64,000 nt of DNA. It comes from Armatimonadota bacterium (GTDB taxonomy: Bacteria; Armatimonadota; HRBIN16). The notes under the pieces are model-generated. The model saw only the letters and a list, made by a program, of their open reading frames with translations, was not told the DNA's origin and did not search any database. Position 1 is the first letter of the stretch. Each line of letters begins with the position of its first letter. The stretch is taken from positions 4,288,001 to 4,352,000 of the forward strand of contig OY781964.1 of NCBI GenBank assembly GCA_963677485.1, in the 5' to 3' direction. The translations under genes and the position numbers were made by a program. Shown here piece after piece: positions 9,956 through 18,889 of this stretch.

Positions 9956-10094
9956 CTGATCGTAGGGGCGTCCCTTGTGGACGCCCTAAAACATGAACTA
10001 TCGAAGGAACAACGATTAGGGCGCCCACAAGGGACGCCCCTACGACAGTATCAGTTACAGCATGGGCTGCCTTGCAAGCACGGGCAAGTGCTTG
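9954..10094. repeat. GTAG-type REP doublet (REPIN-like), copy 1 of a 141-bp dispersed repeat
   Basis: 28-bp arms CGTAGGGGCGTCCCTTGTGGACGCCCTA (9961-9988) and inverted copy (10017-10044), one mismatch. Colinear with 18731-18871. Confidence 0.9.
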
Positions 10095-10127
10095 ATGAGA
10101 ACAAGTGACCAAAAGGAGATACCAGAA

Positions 10128-11165
10128 ATGAAATCATACCCTGTGATATCCAGTGCTGACGGCAAATACATCGACGGTATCCCTGTGCTGCGCTGGGGTA
10201 ATTGGCAGGACTGCACATATGGCGGGGCTGTGAAGTTGGTGATGGACGCTTTGGGCGTCAACGTGAGTTATGAGCAGATCATGGGCTATTCCGGCGTGTG
10301 TTACCGTATGGCTATGGCTGAGAACTGGGACCCAAGCTCCGGCATGCCACAGATTGGGCGCGATGTGGAAGCAGCTCTGAACAACGCGATTGGATTTGCC
10401 CCATATTGTATAGCTGATGCTGATCTACGCGATCAGCATGTAGTAAAATGCGTCGATGCCGGTGTACCTGTACTCGGTTGTGGGCTGAGAGGGGCACCTG
10501 AGTGGGGCGTGATTACGGGTTACGCTGGTAATGGCCACAACTTCTTTGGCCGGACCTACTTCGATGACGAAGGAGCGGATGCCAGTGAGACATATACCAA
10601 TAATCATTACTATCTGGCGGACCTGTATCCCGGCCAATTTCCCGAAAATCTGCTCAGGTTCTACGACAAACGATGCACACCGGTATCATCACGTGAAGCC
10701 TTGAAGGCCTCACTAATCGCCTGCTTAGAACTGTTTGAGCAGGCACCCAACAACTACCTGTTCGGTTACGATGCATACCAAGTGTTGATATCGGGTTTCG
10801 AATTAGATGATGATCAATATGACGAATTTGGTAATAACGGCGAACACCACCTCGGCACGCTGTTTGATGCCCGCAGATCCGCGTCTACCTACCTAAAGCA
10901 GAGTGCCATGTTGCTGGAGGAGCCCAATCGAAGCCGCATACTGCAGGTAGCCGACTTGTATTCTTCTATTGTCCGTGTTCTCCAGGCTGTTGTGCCATAT
11001 GAAGAAACATCCGCGGCGTTTGGTGGTCAAGAGACGTGGCCATGGGATCAACCACTGCGTATGCAGATAGCCGACGCGCTACGCCATGTGGTGCAGATTG
11101 AAAAAGAGCTGCGGTTAGTGGTGAAGGAGATATTATGCGAATGGGAGGACGGTCATGATCACTAA
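10128..11165 (+). CDS. BtrH_N / papain-like fold hypothetical protein
   Basis: SD AAGGAG before ATG 10128; the 10062 start lies inside the repeat. Motifs VSYEQIMGYSGVCYR, CVDAGVPVL and WGVITGY. Paralogous to 12392-13369. Confidence 0.6.
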   Translation: MKSYPVISSADGKYIDGIPVLRWGNWQDCTYGGAVKLVMDALGVNVSYEQIMGYSGVCYRMAMAENWDPSSGMPQIGRDVEAALNNAIGFAPYCIADADLRDQHVVKCVDAGVPVLGCGLRGAPEWGVITGYAGNGHNFFGRTYFDDEGADASETYTNNHYYLADLYPGQFPENLLRFYDKRCTPVSSREALKASLIACLELFEQAPNNYLFGYDAYQVLISGFELDDDQYDEFGNNGEHHLGTLFDARRSASTYLKQSAMLLEEPNRSRILQVADLYSSIVRVLQAVVPYEETSAAFGGQETWPWDQPLRMQIADALRHVVQIEKELRLVVKEILCEWEDGHDH

Positions 11166-11835
11166 AATCAATCTGCTTCACTATCTGAGTGAAGCGACAT
11201 ATAAGCGGATCTGTGAGAGGTTGGGTTTGAACTCTGGTGACAATATCATCGGAAACAACTTCGTGGAATACCCGGGCGGTGTGATCACAAAGGTCCATCT
11301 ATTCAATATCAACTACAAGAGCTTCGGCCGTATCTGGTTCATGCGTGTTGATGTGGATTTCAGGCTTCTGGGCTGCAACAACGAGCAGTTTCCCGAGGCT
11401 CTGCGCACCGCCTGCATGGGTCTGTTCGGTCAAGAGGCGATGGACGACTATCCTGTATATGATCAGATCAACTGCGACTACATCGAATACTCCGCCCTGG
11501 CAGACGTCAGAAACACTGATGAAGCCATCAATAGGCTTCTGCAGGGCAAGTGCGTTGCCGACCAGCTTGACCGGGATCGCTGGGCGAACTACGAGAAGCC
11601 TCACAGCACCATCGCTTTGTATATCTGCAAAGAAGACGACCAGCGCCTCAGACTTCTGGCGAAATGCCACGGAACGGCTATGAAGAGGCGAATCAAGGAC
11701 GCTTCACTCCATCGGGCAACTGGAATCATGTCGGCGGTTGCCGTGAACGCGCAGACGGAACAGAGTGTCTTTGAGTTCCTGTGGCGGCAGTATTTTACAC
11801 CATCTGGATTTGATGATATCAACCTGACTTACTAA
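11155..11835 (+). CDS. Hypothetical protein
   Basis: 226-aa ORF with SD GGGAGG, overlapping the upstream stop and co-oriented within the operon. Confidence 0.7.
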   Translation: MITKINLLHYLSEATYKRICERLGLNSGDNIIGNNFVEYPGGVITKVHLFNINYKSFGRIWFMRVDVDFRLLGCNNEQFPEALRTACMGLFGQEAMDDYPVYDQINCDYIEYSALADVRNTDEAINRLLQGKCVADQLDRDRWANYEKPHSTIALYICKEDDQRLRLLAKCHGTAMKRRIKDASLHRATGIMSAVAVNAQTEQSVFEFLWRQYFTPSGFDDINLTY

Positions 11836-11862
11836 TCTACCGAGAGGAATCATATAACAACA

Positions 11863-12336
11863 ATGTCATATCTCGACACGAAGCTACCGCTTGAGGCACT
11901 GCTTCAGAATTTGCCTGATGAGAAGAGGGCCAGTCTTGTCTGGCTGCTGGACTATATGAAAGCCCAGCGCATATCACCACACTGGTATGCCACCAATTCG
12001 ATGAACGTAAAGTTCAAAAACACGATCGTCTTTCGCTTTTGTATACGCCCGGAAGGGGACTGGGACATCAACCTGACAGTGGCCAGAGAGGACGACCTGG
12101 ATAGTACCCTACGCTCGCTCTCACAGGAGATGCAAGATTTCTATTTCAAGCATCTGAGGCCATGCCGACAATGCAACCCCACACACGGCAAGGGTCGGCA
12201 GATCACTATCCTCGGGCAGGAATATTACATCTGTGCCGCCCCCGAAATACAGATGCGCAACCCTTCAATTGATGACGTGCGGTATCTACAGCAGTTTGTA
12301 GATGTCAGGATGAACAACATCAAGTCCTTCAAATAG
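11863..12336 (+). CDS. Hypothetical protein with Cys motif (DUF3788/YdhG-like)
   Basis: CRQCNPTH...ITILGQEYYIC. Resembles the N-terminal domain of 13369-15249 (CEYC...C...ITFNGHSKKLC). Confidence 0.6.
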   Translation: MSYLDTKLPLEALLQNLPDEKRASLVWLLDYMKAQRISPHWYATNSMNVKFKNTIVFRFCIRPEGDWDINLTVAREDDLDSTLRSLSQEMQDFYFKHLRPCRQCNPTHGKGRQITILGQEYYICAAPEIQMRNPSIDDVRYLQQFVDVRMNNIKSFK

Positions 12337-12391
12337 AGGTTGTTACTGACCCAGCCGGAACTATATAAATCACAGAAATCGGAGAGTTAAC

Positions 12392-13369
12392 ATGCTTAGG
12401 AATGTGATCACAGGATTACCGAAGGTTGACTGGTCGGACGGCTCCCGCCAGAACGAGTTTGTGAACAGCGTGGTTTCTGCGCACAGTGCTCTTGGAGAGA
12501 CACTGGACTACGACACAGTATGCGCGGTATCGGGGAGTGCCTTTCGCACATCATTTTCGGTCGAAGGTTGGAACCACGGCAGCTACCACGTGGTGCATAC
12601 CCCGATTATCATAGAGCATACCTTCAATATGCTGGGATACTATGTCACGCAGCACATCCGAGGTCAGTATCAAGATGACAAAGCCTTGATCACTAGTAGC
12701 ATCGACAGGGGAGTGCCTGTCATCACGCTGGAGGGAGTGGTCAACTGCTCCGATGCCTGTGTGATCGCCGGTTATGACCAGGAAGGCGACGTGCTGCTGG
12801 GATACAGTCCTTTTATGTATATCCCCGATGATCACAACGAACCTCACGATGTGACAGGTTACTTCCGAAAGTCGAACTGGCACGATGGTTTCGCAGCTCA
12901 AGGCAGCTTGCTGCGTATCATCATAATCGATGGGAAGATTGAACAACCTGCGCCTGACGATGTGTTTCGTGAGACGCTGAAATTGGCAGTGCAGCTCATA
13001 GAGGCTCCCTCCCTGGTGGAAGGTCAGCATAATGGTCTTGCGGCGCACCAGGCGTTTGCGGATGCGTTGATGACACGTCAGTGGCAAGACGGCTTAGAGC
13101 CGTACCTTAACGTGATGTGCAACTACAAGCAATACCTCGACAGACGGTATGCCGCCGCCTATTTACGCATGAACGGCAGAGATGATTTTGCCAGTTACTA
13201 TGACAAGATCGCCGATCTCTGCGTGGAGATGGGCCAGATGATCCCTCAGGACTTTTCGGCACTGGATGTGTTCAGCGATAAGACGAAACTCAGGTTGTAT
13301 GCGGACCTGTTAAATCGCATTGGGGAGATTGAATCCAAATTCGTTAATAGGGTTAAGGAGTCATTATAA
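12392..13369 (+). CDS. BtrH_N / papain-like fold hypothetical protein
   Basis: LDYDTVCAVSGSAFR, SIDRGVPVI, CVIAGYD, GLAAHQAF. Paralog of 10128-11165. Confidence 0.6.
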   Translation: MLRNVITGLPKVDWSDGSRQNEFVNSVVSAHSALGETLDYDTVCAVSGSAFRTSFSVEGWNHGSYHVVHTPIIIEHTFNMLGYYVTQHIRGQYQDDKALITSSIDRGVPVITLEGVVNCSDACVIAGYDQEGDVLLGYSPFMYIPDDHNEPHDVTGYFRKSNWHDGFAAQGSLLRIIIIDGKIEQPAPDDVFRETLKLAVQLIEAPSLVEGQHNGLAAHQAFADALMTRQWQDGLEPYLNVMCNYKQYLDRRYAAAYLRMNGRDDFASYYDKIADLCVEMGQMIPQDFSALDVFSDKTKLRLYADLLNRIGEIESKFVNRVKESL

Positions 13370-15249
13370 TGAACGGCAACATCATCATTGAGCAGTTACT
13401 TCAGGATCTGCCAGAAAGTGTCCGAAACCTCGTCACGCCTTTACACGATGTCGCCGTCAGCCATTGCTGCCAATACCGAGTCGACACGGCAGAGGATGGG
13501 GTTCACATTGTGTACTCAGCGAGGTCGTTCGCAATTCACATCATGGGCGAACAATTGTCGTTCAGTGGGGAATATGACCTTCGTGCTTTTATGAACCTCT
13601 ACCATCATACGGAGGATCAAACTGCGAAAAAGCTGATGTTTGATGCGGCTGCTGTTTGTGAATATTGCATAGACGATAAATGCACTACGTTCCTGATGGC
13701 GAAGCAGCGTACGATCACCTTTAATGGTCATAGCAAAAAGTTGTGTGCCCCATGGCGGCATCATCTGCACATGAATGTGACGGTTGATGAGCTGGATTCA
13801 TGCCGTGCAATTGCCGTTATGATGTTTGAATATGTTTATCCGCATATGCATGTAGAATTATTCACCCAGAATGAGGTCACATATACGCTAATTGAGAAGG
13901 GCGTTTTCTACATCGTGGGCTACAAGACGGTTCATAACCAGTTCACCGTTTCTGACGAACAGTTTGTGGCTTCCATACTGAAAGCTGATATGAACGGTAG
14001 ACGCAAGATAGATGAGGTTCTGGAGGCCACTGGGCAAGCCGACGACGGTCATTACGTTGGTGCGACGGATAACTTCACCAATGGTGTTTTGTATGATTAT
14101 GTGTTTGGTGTGATATGCGGATCTGCACCTAAAGAGCTGCCAGAGGGAATGGTCTGCCGCAAGCTGCGATGCGGAACGTGGGCGGTCTACAACAGCAGCG
14201 CACACGACTATAAGAGCATATGGCGGCACTTCACCGACCATTTCTACGATGCTGAGAAAATGGGCTACGACACCGCCCGAATCCCATTTGAGTATTACGA
14301 CCGAGATGGACGATACTCAGATGTACATATTCCTGTAGACCCAGAAATGGGAAGAGATAGCGCGAAAACCTGGGTGCTAGTTCATACTCCGAATATCAAA
14401 ATGGCGGGATTCACGAACTATGTAGAAAATGACCACCCACTGCATAATGAATACAATTTCGACTGGTCATGTAAACTCAAAGAACTGTTTCCATATGCCG
14501 ATAAGCACATCAACACGAGCATCCATGCATTTTTTGGCAAGCCGATGCAGTGTATGAACGGCGTGGAAATTGGTGACCTGACACCAGTCCCTGATGGTGT
14601 GGAAATATACGACCTTAAGGGCGGCTACTGGCATGTGGAGGGCAAACAGCATTTCAACGGCGGGAGCTGCGGCTGGAACTTCGATAGCTTCTACGACAGC
14701 CTTCTGACTCGAGACACATTAGCGCATCCTAGAGCTTTCAACGAGTATGAATACCGTGCGCGCGGTGGATATACTGAGATAGTCGCCCCTGTCCGTGTGC
14801 GAGGCGAGCAGAAATTCGAGCTGGTGGAACTGGCGCCGCAAAATGTGATCGGGAAATTAGAAGCTCCACCTCACAGCGTAGTTTCTGATGCCGAAAAGCT
14901 GGCGTTCTATGAGTTGCCAGCGAATATGGACAAAGGTTCGTATATGATCGGGTATACACTGACGAAGGCGAACAAGATGCTGTTCTATGATAAACCACTC
15001 GTCAAAGGTGTATTAGCTAATATGGATGCGGTCATACCAGATGGTTACCAGTCATATACCCTTCAAGGTGGACGTTTCCTCAAAATCACCGAGAGTCTGC
15101 CGCTTGGGGAACCGGGATGGGAGATTGAATGGGTCAATAGCCCAGACTTCAGCATCAAGACCGGGCATGAGCCTGACTTTAGTCGGCAATTCATCATACG
15201 CCAGTATGGCTACGGTTGCACATACGAGTTTTACGTACCAGTACAATAA
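13369..15249 (+). CDS. Multidomain protein: Cys-rich N-terminal domain plus about three GyrI-like domains
   Basis: Three units with LPEGMVCRKLRCGTWAVY...HIPV, VPDGVEIYDLKGGYW...VAPV and IPDGYQSYTLQGGRF...FYVPV. Start overlaps the upstream stop (TAATG). Confidence 0.7.
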   Translation: MNGNIIIEQLLQDLPESVRNLVTPLHDVAVSHCCQYRVDTAEDGVHIVYSARSFAIHIMGEQLSFSGEYDLRAFMNLYHHTEDQTAKKLMFDAAAVCEYCIDDKCTTFLMAKQRTITFNGHSKKLCAPWRHHLHMNVTVDELDSCRAIAVMMFEYVYPHMHVELFTQNEVTYTLIEKGVFYIVGYKTVHNQFTVSDEQFVASILKADMNGRRKIDEVLEATGQADDGHYVGATDNFTNGVLYDYVFGVICGSAPKELPEGMVCRKLRCGTWAVYNSSAHDYKSIWRHFTDHFYDAEKMGYDTARIPFEYYDRDGRYSDVHIPVDPEMGRDSAKTWVLVHTPNIKMAGFTNYVENDHPLHNEYNFDWSCKLKELFPYADKHINTSIHAFFGKPMQCMNGVEIGDLTPVPDGVEIYDLKGGYWHVEGKQHFNGGSCGWNFDSFYDSLLTRDTLAHPRAFNEYEYRARGGYTEIVAPVRVRGEQKFELVELAPQNVIGKLEAPPHSVVSDAEKLAFYELPANMDKGSYMIGYTLTKANKMLFYDKPLVKGVLANMDAVIPDGYQSYTLQGGRFLKITESLPLGEPGWEIEWVNSPDFSIKTGHEPDFSRQFIIRQYGYGCTYEFYVPVQ

Positions 15250-15253
15250 GAGT

Positions 15254-15281
15254 GGTGGCGGGCGGTGTTATGCCTGCCATC
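15254..15281 (+). terminator. Stem-loop closing the GyrI operon
   Basis: GGTGGCGGGC / GCCTGCCATC 10-bp stem with G-U pairs just after the stop. The U-tract is weak. Confidence 0.5.
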
Positions 15282-15398
15282 TGAATCGCTTTCTTGGGCT
15301 AAAGTATCTAATATTTGATTTTGCCTTCGTAAATATGTCAGAATCAGAACGCAAAGAGGCGTAAATCACGCAATCAATGCGTATAGGAGGTCGGCAAC

Positions 15399-16436
15399 AT
15401 GGCAGAACCCTCAATCAACGAGGTAGTGCCCATCCACAGTAACTTTTCACCCCAGCAGATTTTAGATATATACCGCCGAATGATTTTGATCCGCCGTTTT
15501 GAGGAGAGCTGTTACGCTCCTTACAGGCAGGGTAAATTCGGTGGGTATCTTCACGTATATACAGGCCAGGAAGCTGTGGCCATGGGCTTCATGGAGGCTC
15601 TTCGATCGGATGACATGTTCATCTGCACTTATCGTGACCATGGGCATTTACTGGCACGCGGTGGTGACCCCAATCGAATCATGGCTGAGATCTTCGGTAG
15701 AGCAACAGGTGTAGCGCACGGAATGGGCGGCAGTATGCACCTGGTTGACCCTGCGCTGGGCTTCTATGGCGGATACGGCATTGTGGGCGGTAATGTGCCT
15801 CTGGCCACCGGTATCGGGTATTCCATCAAGTATAAGGGCGGCGATCAGGTCTGTCTGTGCTTCTTTGGTGAAGGCGCGTTCAATAACGGGGCTGTCCATG
15901 AAGCGCTGAATATGGCCAGCATATACGAAGTTCCAGTGGTATTTATCGTTGAGAATAACAACTATGCGATGGCCACTCCGGTGGAACGAGCCAGTGCCGT
16001 CACGAATGTCTCCGATAGGGTATCGGCCTCTTACGGCATGAAAAGTGAGCGTATCGCCGGTATGAACTTCTTCGAGGTCTACCGTGATGCCAAACGGGTC
16101 ATCGATGAGGTCCGCGCCACAGGTAAGCCATCATTCGTTGAAGCCATGACCTACCGCTTTGAAGGGCACGGCATCGCAGACAATGCCACCAACCAGGCAC
16201 TATACCGCTCGAAGCAAGAGGTGGAAGAGCAGAAGAAGCTTTGCCCGGTGGCGCAGTTGGAAGCCTACCTTTTGAAAAACGGCCTCGCTACTCAGCAACA
16301 GCTTGATGAGCTTGATAATGAGGCAAAAGCGAGAACCGCAGATGCGTTGAAGTTTGCTAATGACAGTCCTGAACCTGCAATAGCGGATCTGTATCGATCT
16401 GTGTATACGGACATGGAGGTGAAGGAATGGCGGTAA
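15399..16436 (+). CDS. pdhA: Pyruvate dehydrogenase E1 alpha
   Basis: GYLHVYTGQEA, TYRDHGH, GGSMH, TPP motif GEGAFNNG...ENN, TYRFEGH. Confidence 0.95.
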   Translation: MAEPSINEVVPIHSNFSPQQILDIYRRMILIRRFEESCYAPYRQGKFGGYLHVYTGQEAVAMGFMEALRSDDMFICTYRDHGHLLARGGDPNRIMAEIFGRATGVAHGMGGSMHLVDPALGFYGGYGIVGGNVPLATGIGYSIKYKGGDQVCLCFFGEGAFNNGAVHEALNMASIYEVPVVFIVENNNYAMATPVERASAVTNVSDRVSASYGMKSERIAGMNFFEVYRDAKRVIDEVRATGKPSFVEAMTYRFEGHGIADNATNQALYRSKQEVEEQKKLCPVAQLEAYLLKNGLATQQQLDELDNEAKARTADALKFANDSPEPAIADLYRSVYTDMEVKEWR

Positions 16437-17404
16437 TTTCATATAGAGAAGCGTTGCGACTTGCTCTTCGAGAAGAGATGGAGCGAGACGACAAAGTATA
16501 TATACTGGGCGAAGAGGTGGGACACTACCAGGGAACCTACCGCGTGACAGAAGGGCTGCTTGCAAAGTTCGGGGAGCGGCGAGTTGTTGATACTCCCATT
16601 TCGGAAGCCGGTATGGTGGGCATGGCCATCGGATCGGCGATGTGTGGCCTGCGGCCAGTGCTGGAATTCATGACCTTCAGCTTTGCCCTGGTGGCGATGG
16701 ATCAACTGGTGAACCATGCAGCCAAAATCCCCTATATGTTTGGTGGACACTTGAAAGTGCCTGCCGTGTTTAGAGGGCCCGCGGGCAGTGGTGCCCAACT
16801 GGGTGCTCAGCATTCGCAAAGCCTTGAGAGCTGGTATGCGCACATCCCCGGGATGAAGGTGGTGCTGCCCTCAACACCTGCGGACGCGAAAGGGCTGTTA
16901 AAGACTGCCATCCGCGATGACAACCCTGTGATCTTTATGGAGCATGCAAAACTCTATTCGCACCGCGCAGAGGTGCCAGAGGATCCCAACTTCACAGTGC
17001 CTTTTGGTGTAGCCAATGTGCTGCACGAAGGTGACGATGTGACGATTGTGACCTATAGCCTTGGCTGCTCGATTGCCATGAAGGCTGCGGAGACGCTTCA
17101 CGAGGCACACGACATCAGTGTAGAGGTGGTTGACCTGCGCACATTGATGCCACTAGACATGGATACTGTGCTAAATTCGGTCCGCAAAACCCATAAAGTC
17201 ATCGTTCTGCACGAAGAGAACCGCACCGGAGGGTTCGGTGGGGAAATCGCTTCACGGATATATGAAGAGGGCTTCGATGATCTCGATGCTCCCGTAAAGC
17301 GAGTGGGCTCTGCCGACGTGCCGATGCCGTTTGCCAGAAATCTCGAACGCGCTGCATTGATCTCAGAACAAGATGTGATCAACGCAGTGAAGAGCTTAAT
17401 GTAG
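16427..17404 (+). CDS. pdhB: Pyruvate dehydrogenase E1 beta
   Basis: DTPISEAG, EFMTFSF, GAQHSQSLE, VVDLRTL. Confidence 0.95.
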   Translation: MAVISYREALRLALREEMERDDKVYILGEEVGHYQGTYRVTEGLLAKFGERRVVDTPISEAGMVGMAIGSAMCGLRPVLEFMTFSFALVAMDQLVNHAAKIPYMFGGHLKVPAVFRGPAGSGAQLGAQHSQSLESWYAHIPGMKVVLPSTPADAKGLLKTAIRDDNPVIFMEHAKLYSHRAEVPEDPNFTVPFGVANVLHEGDDVTIVTYSLGCSIAMKAAETLHEAHDISVEVVDLRTLMPLDMDTVLNSVRKTHKVIVLHEENRTGGFGGEIASRIYEEGFDDLDAPVKRVGSADVPMPFARNLERAALISEQDVINAVKSLM

Positions 17405-17413
17405 GAGGATGCC

Positions 17414-18664
17414 ATGATTGACATTATAATGCCGAAAATGGGCGATGGGATGGAAGAAGGCGTCATCCTGCGATGGCTGAAGAAGCCTGGCGACAAGGTG
17501 GAGAACGGCGATTTGATTGCCGAGGTGGAGACCGACAAGGCCAGCGTCGATCTACCGTCGGATGTGGAAGGCATTCTAGTCGATGTGCTGATTACTGATG
17601 GTCAAAGTGCCCCTGTGGGTGCTGTCATCGCTCATTTGGGTAATCGCGATGAAATGGTCGTGCCACCGCAGCCTCCAGTGCCAGTCCAGCCGCCGGTTCC
17701 TGCACGACCAACGGTGGCAAGCCCACCTGCGCCTCATGTTGAAAAAGACAAAGAGGCACCGGTGGAACGTCACGAGGGGTCGAAAAGGGAGATCCGCGTA
17801 GTGGCATCGCCTTTGGCGAAGCGTATTGCCGCTGATAACGGCATTGACCTAAGCACGGTTCAAGGAACGGGGCCGAACGGCCGAATTGTGGAACACGATG
17901 TGCAGCAAGCCATGAAGAGCCGGAAAGCCCAGCCAGCAACGACACGCGGAGCCGTGCCGAAGGTGGCCGAACAGGGTCACAAGATCGTCCAGCCGATGAG
18001 CCGGATGCGTAAGCTGATTGCCGAACGAACCACCCAGACCAAACAAAATATCCCGCACTTTCAGGTGACTGTGTCGATCGATATGACGGCTGTACTGCTG
18101 CTCCGGACACAGTTGAACTCGGCGTCTGAAGAGCCGTCCGCTAAGCTGTCCGTGGGTGATTTCGTCACTAAAGCGACAGCGTTAGCCCTGGCCAAACACC
18201 AAGCTGTGAATGCTCTGTATGAAGATGATTCGATCGTGTATTGCGAGGATATCAATGTTGGATTCGCCGTCTCTATGCCTGACGGTCTGATCGTGCCGGT
18301 GATCAAACAGTGCCAGCATCTCTCACTACGCCAAATCAGCGCAGATACGAAGCGGCTGGCGGAAGCGGCCCGCAGTTTGAAAATCGCCCCCGATGAGATG
18401 ACCGACGCCACGTTCAGTATCAGCAACCTTGGGATGTTTGGTGTGGATGATTTCGTCGCGATCATCAACCCACCAGCAGTGGCCATCTTGGCAGTCGGCG
18501 GAATCCACAAGCAGCTGGTTGTGAATGATGATGACACGACAACGATCAAGAGCTTGATGCAGGTGACAGTTTCTGCCGACCACAGGGCCTTGGACGGAGC
18601 CGTAGTGGCTCAGTTCCTGAATACCCTCAAGGCCATCATGGAAAGCCCGTACAAGCTGCTGTAG
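17414..18664 (+). CDS. pdhC: Dihydrolipoamide acetyltransferase E2
   Basis: Lipoyl motif EVETDKA, Pro-rich linker, E3-binding ASPLAKRIA...GTGPNGRI, catalytic DHRALDG. Confidence 0.95.
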   Translation: MIDIIMPKMGDGMEEGVILRWLKKPGDKVENGDLIAEVETDKASVDLPSDVEGILVDVLITDGQSAPVGAVIAHLGNRDEMVVPPQPPVPVQPPVPARPTVASPPAPHVEKDKEAPVERHEGSKREIRVVASPLAKRIAADNGIDLSTVQGTGPNGRIVEHDVQQAMKSRKAQPATTRGAVPKVAEQGHKIVQPMSRMRKLIAERTTQTKQNIPHFQVTVSIDMTAVLLLRTQLNSASEEPSAKLSVGDFVTKATALALAKHQAVNALYEDDSIVYCEDINVGFAVSMPDGLIVPVIKQCQHLSLRQISADTKRLAEAARSLKIAPDEMTDATFSISNLGMFGVDDFVAIINPPAVAILAVGGIHKQLVVNDDDTTTIKSLMQVTVSADHRALDGAVVAQFLNTLKAIMESPYKLL

Positions 18665-18677
18665 AGTGGTGTGGGGT

Positions 18678-18729
18678 CATACCAGCAGACAGGGGCGGCT
18701 AATTATAGCCGCCCCTGTCCACTGGTATG
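18678..18729. terminator. Strong hairpin between convergent pdhC and rdgB
   Basis: GACAGGGGCGGCTA / TAGCCGCCCCTGTC (18688-18719), extended by CATACCAG / CTGGTATG. Confidence 0.7.
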
Positions 18730-18730
18730 C

Positions 18731-18871
18731 AACTGGTCGTAGGGGCGTCCCTTGTGGGCGCCCTGAATCCAAAATTATCGTATGAACAACGATTAGGGCG
18801 CCCACAAGGGACGCCCCTACGGCAGTATCAGTTACAGCCTAGGCTGCCGTGCATGCACGGGCGGGTGCTTG
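18731..18871. repeat. GTAG-type REP doublet (REPIN-like), copy 2
   Basis: CGTAGGGGCGTCCCTTGTGGGCGCCCT...AGGGCGCCCACAAGGGACGCCCCTACG plus a conserved 3' flank. Constant offset of 8777 from copy 1. Confidence 0.9.
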
Positions 18872-18889
18872 TATACCGGTGCTGTCTAT

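Noticed and set aside
10062-10127. N-terminal extension of the 10062 ORF, and the small ORFs 9888-10112 and 18727-18909
   Set aside because: They are translations of the REP repeat. A good SD supports ATG 10128.
15399-18664. pdhABC lacking lpdA as a novelty
   Set aside because: E3 is commonly encoded elsewhere and shared between complexes.
9954-18871. The two REP doublets as ends of one composite transposon, or as CRISPR repeats
   Set aside because: They enclose core pdhABC and split the GyrI operon. There is no transposase, regular spacer array or cas gene.
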